Below, in pieces: positions 12,001 through 24,000 of a stretch of DNA of 64,000 nt; position 1 is the stretch's first letter, and each line of letters opens with the position of its first letter. The translations under genes were made by a program, and so were the position numbers. The notes under the pieces were generated by a model, which worked only from the letters and a program-made list of their open reading frames with translations, was not told the origin of the DNA and did no database searches. Origin of the DNA: Mobula hypostoma (lineage: Eukaryota); contig NC_086097.1 in assembly GCF_963921235.1 (NCBI RefSeq), positions 179,182,001 through 179,246,000 of the forward strand. The letters are read 5' to 3'.

Positions 12001-15000
12001 TACCTCAAAGTTAGCCTGAGACTCTTGCAAAGAGATATCAATCAAACACATTCTACCCATTATGTTTCCATCTTCAGAATCAGATTTATTATCACTGACT
12101 TGTATGACGTGAAATTTGTTATTTAGTTAGATCATTAATAATGACGTTTTCCTGTCTGTTTGTCTCTTTCCTACCGGTATGCGTATATGTTGTGTGTAGC
12201 ACTGGCAATCTTCTTGTTCTCGTATAGCTTCTGAAGACATAGCTTCACCTGAAGAGAAACAGAAAGAAAACAAGTACCTGTTTTTGACTTCCATAACTGG
12301 TCATATTCTGTAGGAAAAAAATGAGAAGATTTAGAGGGATATGGGCCAAACATGAGCAATGGGACTAGCATAGATGGGAATCTTGGTCAGCATGGATACA
12401 CTGGCATGCAAAAGTTTAGGCACCCCTGGTCAAAATTTCTATACTGTGAATAGCTAAGCAAGTAAAAGATGAACTGATTTCCAAAAGGCATAAAGTTAAA
12501 GATGACACATTTCTTTAATATTTTAAGCAAGATTACTTTTTTATTTCCATCTTTTACAGTTTTAAAATAACAAAAAAGGAAAAGGGCCCGAAGCAAAAGT
12601 TTAGGCCCCTGCATGGTCAGTACTTAGTAACACCCCCTTTGGCAAGTATCACAGCTTGTAAATGCTTTCTGTAGCCAGCTAAGAGTCTTTCAATCCTTGT
12701 TTGGGGGATTTTCGCCCATTTTTCCTTGCAAAAAGCTTCTAGTTCTGAGAAATTCTTCGGCATTCTTACTCTTTTGAGGTCTATCCACAGATTTTTGATT
12801 ATGTTTAGGTCGGGGGACTGTGAGGGCCATGGCAAAACCTTCAGCTTGTGCCTCTTGAGGTAGTCCATTGTGGATTTTGAGATGGTTTAGGATCATTATC
12901 GTGTTGTGGAAGCCGTCCTCTTTTCATCTTCAGCTTTTTTACAGACGGTGTGATGTTTGCTTCCAGAATTTGCTGGTATTTAATTGAATTCATTCTTCCC
13001 TCTACCAGTGAAATGTTCCCTGTGCCACTGGCTGCAACTCAAGCCCAAAGCATAATCGATCCACGCCTGTGCTTAACAGTTGGAGGGGTATTCTCATGAA
13101 ATTCTGCACCCTTTTTTCTCCAAACATACCTTCGCTTATTGTGGCCAAAAAGTTCTATTTTAACTTCATCAGTGCACAGGACTTGTTTCCAAAATGCATC
13201 AGGCTTGCTTAGATGTTCCTTCGCAAACCTCTGACGCTGAATTTTGTGGTGAGGACGCAGGAAAGGTTTTCTTCTGATGACTCTTCCATGCAGGTCATAT
13301 TTGTGCAGGTGTCACTGCACAGTAGAACAGTGCACCACCACTCCAGAGTTTGCTAAATCTTCCTGAAGGTCTTTTGCAGTCAAACAGGGATTTTGATTTG
13401 CCTTTCTAGCAATCCTACCAGCAGTTCTCTCAGAAAGTTTTCTTGTTCTTCCAGACCTCAACTTTACCTCCACGGTTCCTGTTAACTGCCATTTCTTAAT
13501 TACAACACAGACTGAGGAAACGGCTACCTGAAAACACTTTGCGAGCTTCTTATAGCCTTCTCCTGCTTTGTGGGCATTATTTATTTTAATTTTCAGAGTG
13601 CTAGGCATCTGCTTAGAGGAGCCCATGACTGCTGATTGTTGGGACAAGGTTTGAGGAGTCAGGGTATTTGTAAAGCTTTGAAATTTGCATCACCTGGCCT
13701 TTCCTAATGATGACTGTGAACAAGCCATAGCCCTAACAAGCTAATTAAGGTCTGAGACCTTGGTAAAAGTTATCTGAGAGCTCAAATCTCTTGGGGTGCC
13801 CAAACTTTTGCATGGTGCTCCTTTCCTTTTTTCCATTCTAAAATTGTACAAAACAAAAATAACACACTAATCTTGCTTAAAATGTTGAAAAGAATGCCTC
13901 ATCTTTAAGTTTATGACTTTTGGAGATCAGTTCATCTTCTACTCACTTAACTATTCACAGTAACAGAAATTTTGACCGGGGGTGCCCAAACTTTTGCATG
14001 CCACTGTAGATTGGACCCAAGGGTCTGTTTCGGTGCTGTTTGACTCTTTGATAAAATTGGCATCTATATTTCCAAAATCAAGTGGTCTGAATAAAGTGGC
14101 TTCCATTGTAACCATTGGGACTTCTCTTCAACCATTCAGTTCTTGAACTAACCTATAAAACCCTAGTCACTACAGTTTAGCAACACTATGAGCACTATGC
14201 ACTAAAATTCCTTGCATTTTTTGTTTGTTCTACGTGTGTTCTTTCACATAAAACTTGTGTATAATTTATGCTTCTCTTGCGAATGTTGCTTATCCAATGC
14301 TCTGTGTGCCTGTGATGCTGCTGTTTGCATTGAAACTTGACTTTGGAAAACGTCAAAGGGAAATCCCACATTTCTGAAGCACCTCACAATAAGGATGTCC
14401 AAGCACACTTTAGTTTTGAACTACAAGACTGCAACCCCTCCTTGTCAGTGGAGTGCTCCCTTGGTGCTGTCCCTCTCTACTGAATGTTGCAATGCAGCAA
14501 CAAACTGGGGCACAGCAAACTCTCATGATAATGACCATGGACAGGCACATGGATGGGCAAAGTTTAAAAGGATATGGACCAAAATGGCAAATTATTTTAT
14601 TATTGTCATATACCAGGTACAGTGATAAACTTTGTTTTGCATGTTATCCATACAGATGACTTCATCACAACAGTGCATCAACGAAAATAGCAGAATGCAA
14701 AATGAAGTGTAGTGCAGGTCGAGTATAAGCTGCAAGGTCATAATGATATAGATTATGAATTCAAAGAACCATCTTATTTTATTAGGGGACTGGTCAATAG
14801 TCTGATAATACCAGGATAGAAGTTGTCCTTGAGCCTGGTGCTACATGATCTCATATCTTTTGTCCAATATGAGGATGTGATTATAAACAGCTCTACTTGT
14901 CTGCCTCTATCTATGATCCAACCTAGCACCATCTCCCAACTCCACTTCTCCCTTCCATTCCCTCCTTTAGCTGGCACAAACTGTCCATCATAAAACGGGG

Positions 15001-18000
15001 GTAAATGGGGTTAAGATGAGAATCTCAGTTGGTATGAACCAGTTAGGCCGAAGACCCTGTTTTTGTGCTGTGTAACTATGACCTGATAACCCGGCTGAAC
15101 AATAAACACCGGCAAAAGAGTGCAGAAAATTTCTCAGCTCCTCAACGACAACTGGATGGGGTCAAAATCAGAATCAGATTTATCATCACTGTCATATATT
15201 GTGAAATGTTGTTTCAAAGCAGCAAGACATAAAAATTACTATAAGCTACAATTAAAAAAATATGCGGATGAATCAGCACACAGGAGGGAGAATGAAAATC
15301 CTGCTGAGTGGTGCCACAACAACAACTTCTTACTCAATATCAGCAAGACCAAGGAGCTGATTATTGACTTCAGGAGGAGGGAAGTGGAGGTCCATGAGGC
15401 AGCCCTCAATGGGGGATCAGAGGTGGAGAGGGTCAGTACCTTTAAATCCCTCAGTGTTATTAATTCAGAGGATCTGTCCTGAGCCCAGCACGCAAGTGCA
15501 ATTATGAAGAAAGCACGGCAGCATCCCTACTTCCTTAGAAGCTTGTGAAGATTCGGTATGATATCTAAAACTTTGACAAATTTCTATAGATGTGTGGTGG
15601 ACAGTATATTGATTGGTTGCATTACAGCCTGGTATGGAAACACCAATGCTCTTGAATGGAAAATCTTACAGAATGTAGTAGATACAACCCAGTCCATCAC
15701 AGGTGAAGCCCTCCCCACCACTGAGCAGGAAAGCAGCGTCCATCATCAGGGAATCCACCACCCAGCTCATGCTCTCTTTTCACTGCTGCCATCAGCAGGA
15801 AGATACAGGAGCCCCAGGACTCACACCATCAGTTTCAGGAATAGTTATTACCCCTCAACTATAAGGCTCCTGAACCAGTGCAGATAACTTCACTTGTCCC
15901 ATCAATGAATTGTTCCCTCAACTTACGGACTCACTTTCAAAGACTCTTCATCTCATGTTCTTGATATTTATTGTTTACTTATTTATTATTATAAGTTCTT
16001 GTCTTTCTTTTGTATTTGCACAGTTTGTTCCCTCTTGCACACTGTTCGTCTGTCTTGTTAGTGCAGTCTTTCATTAATTCTATTATGGTTTTTGGATTTA
16101 GCCAGTATTCCCACAAGAAAATGAATCTCGGGGTTGTAATATGGTGTCATTTATGCACTTTGATAATAAATTTACTTGGAACTTGTTCAAAAGAGGAATT
16201 GCAAGGTAGTGTTCATGGGTTCAAGGACTGTTCAGAAATCTGATGGCAGAGGGGAAGCTGTTCCTAAAACATTGAGGGTCAGTCTTCAGGTTCCTGTACC
16301 TCCAAAACAGAGCAAGCACCAGATGGTGAGGGTCCTTAACGATGGATGCGCCTTCTTAAGGCACCTTCTGTTGAAGATGCCCTCGAAGGTAGGGAGGGTT
16401 GATGGAACTAGCTGAGTATGCGACCCTCTGCAGTCTTTTTCAATCCTGCACATTGGACTCTCCATGAGGTAGTGATACAACCAGTCAGAATGCTCTCCAT
16501 GGTGCACCTGTAGAAATCTGCTGGAATCTTTGGTGACATACTAAATCTCCTCAAACTGCTAATTAATTATAGTTGCCGGTTGTATGTTCTGATAGGGTTT
16601 ACTCCTCTCTTGTTCCTCACTACTATAAACTCATGGCAGATGCACCCTCGGGCCACTTGCAATGTATGAGTGCCTCAGGATCTGTTACACGGCTGTTGCA
16701 AAGGTATCTATAGTCACTTAGTTGAAGTCTAACAGTTCTCTTTCTTGATGTAGAAGACTATCGATGTAGATTGTACACTTATCATCAGCGTTAAACATCT
16801 TAACGAGCCAGAACTTAAATTGTATTGTAAGACCATATGAAGTCAATCTCTGAGGTGGTTGTTACAAGCTCTTTTTGCCAAGTTATGCTCTAATATTTCA
16901 AAATAAACTCAGAACAACAGATATTCTTTGTAGCAGTTACAGTCTGATAATAGTAAAATGGAGCTCGATACATATCATAAAGCTGCAGTGTTTTACCACT
17001 ACCATCTGAAACCAGGGATGGAATTATCCCCAAGGATGCATTTATTCCACAGCCATTTTCTCAAAGAAACAATTGGAATTAATTACCAAGAAATGGCATA
17101 ACAATCAAATACGATGCTTAAGATGTCTGGTTAGCACGATTTACTTTACTGCCAAAATGGAATCGTAGTCAATTAATGCAAATACTAAACTGCTCGGGTC
17201 TCAAATACATTTAGACTTCCAAAGCAGGAATCTGTGCTAAACTTTTGCTAACATCTGTCACGGTGTCACCTAATTACCAAGAACAAAAGGAGGCAAAAGT
17301 ACACATCCACTACCTGTGGTCTGGGATTGACAAAAGCAATGTCCCTGCATTTATACAGTACCCATTAAGTCTTTTCCCTCTAACCTTAAACCCTTGCCCT
17401 CTCTGTCTAAATGATTAAAATGCTCATCAATCCACTGTGAATGATCCAGTTTCCACCACTCTTTCTTGCAGTGTTCCAGCTATTCACCACTCTGAGTGAA
17501 GAGAGTCCCCCTCAGATCCCCTCACCCTAAAGCTATGCCCTCTAGTTTTATCTACCACTGATAACGGGAAAAACTTTTCTGTCCTCTACCTTTTCTATAC
17601 CTCTCATAACCTTATATACCTGAATCATGTTCCCCCTTAACCTCTGCCATTCCTGGGGTCACAGGCCCTGTCTCTCTTCAGAACCGAACTGCTTGGGTTA
17701 ATACATGGAACTATGACTTTGTGGCCAGTACAGAGACTTGGCTGTCACAAGAGCAGGAATGGTTGCTGGATGTTCTGGGGTTAAGATATTTCAAAGGGAC
17801 AGGGAGTAAGGTAAAAGTAGGAGAGTGGCATTGCTAATCAGGGATAGTATCACAGGTGCAGAAAGGAAAGATGTCTACCAAAGTAATATAGGTTCGTCCA
17901 TCGTCATCGATGAAGACCACGACACCATATAGTACTTTTTTTTACGAGATCGAGTTGCTAGCTCAACACCCAACCCGGCATGGATGGAAAGCGTGCCCAG

Positions 18001-21000
18001 GAGCGGCCTGACTGGATTCGAACTCGGGAACCTTCGCTCCCGGAGTCCGGCACTGATATCACTGCACCACCAGCCGGCTTGATGGTGTCGAGACTAGCGC
18101 TTGATTTGGATTTAAGTGAGGGAGAGTTGTGCAGCGTCAGCCTCACTCTCTCTACCCAATTCCCATCTGGATCCAGTGGCAAGACAGAGTCGAGACGGCT
18201 GGAGATGGGACTAGCGCAGTGGATGACCAGGACGTCTTCTGTGTCTTGTCCTGCTCTACACGTTCCACGACGCTTGCAGAGACTGCCTTCTTGACCGTTG
18301 GACCTTCCATTGGTCTCGTCCGCTCAATCCGCCAGAGTCTGTCTTCACATGCTGGGACAGACAACTCCCTATCACACCGAGGGTTTGAGACCCATTGGCT
18401 ACCCTCACCTGGTTTAGCCGGCTTGTCGAAGCTGTTGCCTGGGGTGTGGCCGCTGTCACATGTAAACAGCTACGAGGAGCCACAGGTGAGTGCCAGGTGG
18501 GGACCAAAGGTGGACAAACTGCCTTGAAAAGGACGCAACATGTTCCCCCACCAGAGGTGCTACCCCTCCCTGATGCCCCGTGCACCCCTACCAAAATTAG
18601 TATAGGTGGGAGCATTAATCAGGAAGGGAGCAATCACTTTATTGGCAGCACGCTATAGACAACACCAACCCCCCCCCCCCCATAGCAACAGAGAGGTGCA
18701 GATTGGAGAAGGTTTTGGAAAGATGCAAAAATAGCAGAGTTGTTGTCATGCACGACTTCAACTTCCTCAATATTGATTGGTTTCTCCTTGGTACAAAATA
18801 TTTAGATGGGGTGAAATTTGTTAGGTTTATCCAAGAAGGATTCCTGACGGTATGTAGACAGGCTGTCTAAAGGAGAGGCCATATTGGATCCTGGTACTAG
18901 GCAATGAACCTGGTCAGATAACAGATTTCACAAACACAATGACCACATCTCACTGATTCTTACATTGGGTAGGTATAAGAGCAGATGCAATAGGAAAGTA
19001 TTTAATTGTGAAAGGGTGAATTATGAAACTATTGGGCAGAAAAATGGGAACAGATGTACTCAGGGAAATGCACAACAGAGATGTGGAAGTTATTTCAAGA
19101 GCACTTGTAGGGGTTTCAGGATAGGTATGTCCCACTGAGGTAAGGAAAGGATGGTAGGGTGAAGGAATCATGGTTGAAAAGAGATGTGAAACATCTAGTG
19201 AAGGGGAAGAAGAAAGCATACTTAAGGTTTTGAAAACAGGGATCTGACAGGATGCTAGGTTGTTACAAAGTAGCCAGGAAGGAATTTAAGAATGGACTTA
19301 GGAGAGCTAAAAGGGGGCATGAGAAGGCCTTGGCAAATAGGATTAAGGAAAACCCCAAGGCATTCTACTCGTACGTGAAGAACAGGAGGATGACTAGATT
19401 GCGAGTAAGACCGATCAGGGATAGAAGAGGAAACCTGTGCCTGGAATCACAGGAGATAGGAGAGGTCTTCAATGAATACTTTGCTTCAGTATTCACCAGA
19501 CCTTGATAAATGTGAGGACTGTGTAAACCAGGTTGATATACTTCAACACGTCGACGGTAAGGAAGAGGATGCACTGGAACTTTTGAAAAACATTAGGATA
19601 GACAAATCCCTGGGGCAGAATGGGATATACCCCATGTTACTACAGAAGGCAACAGAAGAGGTTGCTGTGCCTTTGGTGATGTGCTTCATGTCCTCACTGG
19701 CTAGAGGAGTAGTACCAGAAGATTGTAGGGTGGCAAATGTTATCCCTTTGCTCATGAAAAGGAATAGGGATAACTTTGGGATAGAACACTGAATGTTGTG
19801 TCAATAGTGGATGAACTAGTTGAGAGAACTCTGAGAGAAAGGAACTATGAGAATTTGCAGATGCATAGTGGACTAGGGAGTCAGCAGGGCAAAGGACAAA
19901 ATAAATTGATGAAGTAGAGCGATGGAGGTGGTCAAATGGATTTTATTAAAGCATGTGACAAAGAACCCAATGGTAGGCTCATTCAGAAAGTCTTTTACCT
20001 TCCTCCCTGTTCCATTGGAAATATCTAAACCCCAGAACATCAGCAGTCATCCCTGCTCTCGGCGATTGATGTTTTTGTTACATTTTGTTAGTTTTGTTGT
20101 ATAGGTGGAGGGGGGGGGAAATCGATGTTCTCACTGTGTTCTGTTAGTTTTGTTGTTCAGTGGGGTCGATGTTCTCACTGTGTTCTGTTAGTAGTTGTAT
20201 GGGGGTGGAATCAATGTTCTCACTGTGTTCTGTTAGTTTTGTTGTATGGGAGGGGTCGATGTTCTCACTGTGTTCTGTTAGTTTTGTTGTTCAGTGGGGT
20301 CGATGTTCTCACTGTGTTCTGTTAGATTTGTTGTATGGGGGGTCGATGTTCTCACTGTTCTGTTAGTTTTGTTGTATGGGGGGTCAATGTTCTCATTGCA
20401 TTGTTAGTTTTGTTGTATGGGGGGGTCGATGTTCTCACTGTGTTCTGTTAGTTTTGTTGTACTGGTGGGGGGGGGGTGGAATCGATGTTCTCACTGTGTC
20501 CTGTTGGTTTTGTTGTATGGGGGGTCAATGTTCTCACTGCATTGTTAGTTTTGTTGTAGGAGGGGGGGATTGGGGGGGGTCGATGTTCTCACTGCATTGT
20601 TAGTTTTGTTGTATGGGGGGGTCGATGTTCTCACTGTGTTCTGTTAGTTTTGTTGTATGGGGGGGTCAAGGTTCTGTGTTCTGTTAGTTTTGTTGTATGG
20701 GGGAATTGATGTTCTCACTGTGTTCTCTTAGTTCTGTATGAGGGGAGGGTTGGGGTCGATGTTTCTCTATGTTATTAGTTTTGTTGTGTGAAGGGAGGGG
20801 GGTTGGAGGTCGATGTTCTTGTACCATTTTGTGCATGGGGTGGGGTTTTAGAGGTTGATAATTGGGATGTCGTTCTTTTTTGTGCTGGGTCTTTGTTTCG
20901 TGGCTTTCTAGAAAAGACAAATCTCAGACTAATGAGTGCAATACTGAGCTGAGAAGTGGCAGACAGAGCTCAATCTGGAAATGCGTCAAATGACACTGTA

Positions 21001-24000
21001 CACTTTGGAAGGTTAAACTTGAAGGCATAATACAGGGTTAATGACAGGTTTCTCAGCAATGTGGGAGAACCGAGTCCACATGCATGGATCAATCAAAGTT
21101 GCTGCACAAGTTGACAGAGTGGTTAAGAAACCATACGGTGTGGTGACCATTCTTAACTGGGGGGAATTGAGCCATGAGGTAATGTTGCAGCTCTATAAAA
21201 CTCTGATCAGACCACACTTAATGCATTGTGTTCAGTTCTAGTTGCCTCATTAATGGAAGCTCAGCTCCTATTTTGGAGTCAGAGTTATACACCACGGAAG
21301 CAGGCACTTCAGCCCAAATCAGTTATGTCAACACCCTCCAGTATTACATTCAAAGGTTCAAAGGTTCATTCATTCTCAAAGCATGTATCCATATACAACT
21401 GAAATGTGTCTTCTCCATACAGTCAGAAACAAAGAATGAAAATGAAAGTCATCCAGAGAAGAATGATTAAACCCATGCTCCCCCCCCCCCGGCACAAAAA
21501 AGAACAGCATCCTGATCAATTTTTTCCAGCTTCTGGTAATTTCTTCTCTTCCTCCCTTCTCTCTCTTTTTCCATTCCCCACTTCCTTTGGCGACTCATTC
21601 CATATACGGACCACCCTCAGTGAAAAATTGCCCCTCAATTTCTTAATAAATCTTTCCCCTCTCTCTCACATTCTTGATTTTCATAAGACTGTGTGTATTC
21701 ACCCTATCTATGGCCCTCATGATTTTATATAACTCTACTGGGTCACCCCTCAATCTCCGAGCCTGTGCAGCCTCTATCACTCAATCCCACAAGTTCTGGC
21801 AATATCCTCAAAATCTTTCCTGCACTCTTTCCAGCTTAATGGTTTCTTTCCAGAATGATCAATTCTGAACATGATATCCCAACTTCACTCATCACTACTT
21901 TGAACTATGATTACAGACTCACTTTCAAGGACTTTTTATAACTTATGTTCTCAGTCCCATTTTTATTCGCACAGCTTGTCTTCTGTACATTGGTATTTGT
22001 CAGTTTTTGTTTATAAATATTTTTTGTAAAATTCTTCTGTATTTTTCCCTTGTAAATATCTGTAAGAAAATTAATCTCAAGGTAATATATGGTAACATTT
22101 CCATACTTTGGCATAATAAATTTACTTTGAACTTGAACTGCAACATAACATCCCAACTTCTATACTCAGGGTCCTTACTGATGAAGCTAAAAGCCCTCCT
22201 TACCACCCTGGCGACCTATAATTGATGTAACAAGAGGGTGTACCAGAGACAGCTCACTACAATAAAGCAAATTTACAAAAACATCTTTACAAATTTGCAT
22301 TAAATATGAACAAATCACTGCAAATAGTTAACAATATACTTGGCACTGTCATCTGTTAAAACTCTGATACAAGTATTTTTTTCATTTGGCTTTTTAATAG
22401 GCTGTTTTCCACATTTTTGGCACAGTTTATTGCAAGCTCATAAATTATACAGGGGGCTCTATTCTAAATGGACATAAAAGTATTCATGAGGCTTCAAATC
22501 AGCTTTAATCAAGTTGTTGCTCCTTTGATTTCAAAGGCCTAATTTGATCTCTCACCATCATTATGAATTAATGCAATGACAAGGAATGCAAATGCCAGGT
22601 TAATACAGTGGGGGTTACACTAAGCGATGAGAAATTAAAACCTCTTTTCAAATCAAAAAGTTCTTAAAGAGCTCATAAAATTTCAATTAAATTCTCTTAG
22701 GAGATATGCTTATAAACAAAGATCTTCCTCTTAATAATAAATATTTTCCAGCAACTCTTAACTCATTATTAAACTCATCAGAAAATCATTTAGACTGCTG
22801 TTGAAATGCTTTGATGAGTTTGCTGAAATAGTCAAATGCCCAGAGGCTGAAAATGGCACAGGAAGGAACCATTCAGCCGATTGTACCCATGTCAGCCCTC
22901 AGAGTACCCTCCAATTAGTCCCAATCCTGTTCTTTCCCAATGACTCATAAATTTTGCGTCTTCAAATTTCTAGCCAACTCTTTTGAAAGCTCGCCTTAAA
23001 TCCACAGGCATATCCTTCCCGACCACTAGTCGTATCTACAGGAGGTGCTGCCTCAAGAAAGCAGCATCCATCGAAGATCCCACCATCCAGCCCATGGCAC
23101 ATTCTCACAGCTACCATCAAGCAGAGTGTGCAGAAGCCTGAAGTCCGACAGCACCAGGTTCAGGAAACAACAGCTACTTCCCTTCAACCATTTGGTTCTT
23201 GAACCAACTGGCACAAAACTGATCATTGCCTCAGTATAGGACCATTTAGGACCACTTAGTACTACAATGGAGGTTTTTTAAAATCTAATTGTGTTATTTT
23301 TATAAAATCTCTTGTACAATTTATGTTTTTCTCGTGAGAAAAATGCTGCTGCATTTAAGTTTTTAATTACACTTGTGCATAAGGGTATTGGACGTATGAC
23401 AATGAACTTAACATTGAACTTGCAGTCACTGCCTTTTTAAAAAGATTTGAAAAAAGATCATTCTCTTCTCAAATTCTCATGCAAAAACCAAAATAAGATT
23501 AGGAAATCGGGATTAAGACATCTTCAGGCAAATTATTGGGAAACATTTAGTTTTTATTTAAAATTAAACATTTTAGTTTTAAGGGGTTGGTAAAAAGAGT
23601 ATAAAATAACAGCGCAAAATTATGCCATTCGTCCCATTGAGTCTGCTCTGCCATTCCATCATGGCTGATTTATTATCCCTCTCTACCAGGTAGACTACCT
23701 CACGTCAGACCTTGAGAGAACTAGCAGAAGACAAATGTGTTTCTGGCGATTAGTCTCAGAACTCAGGGTGAGGGATCATACATCGACCCTGGAGAAGAGA
23801 CTGTTACAGGGCACCTTATCTATCACTGGAATAGAAACAGAAATGCTGAAAACACTCATCAAGCCAGGCAACACTTGTGCAGAAATAAACTGTTAACATC
23901 CCAGGCTGAAGATCCTCCATCCGGCTGTGTTTGACTGTGCGAGTTTGTACTGGTATACTAATACCACATTTATTTTGTTAGCAAACTTCTATGCTTTGAA

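Larger units (their letters stand above)
17690..21260 (+). mobile_element. Long decayed CR1 LINE ORF2 (endonuclease to RT) interrupted by retroposons and a minisatellite
   Basis: DFNFLNIDW, KENPKAFYSYV, NEYFASVFT, VPEDCRVANVIPL, MLQLYKTLIRPHL. Confidence 0.85.

Noticed and set aside
20065..20830. Repeat array superficially like CRISPR
   Set aside because: No unique spacers, only variable G-runs; eukaryotic intron; no cas genes.
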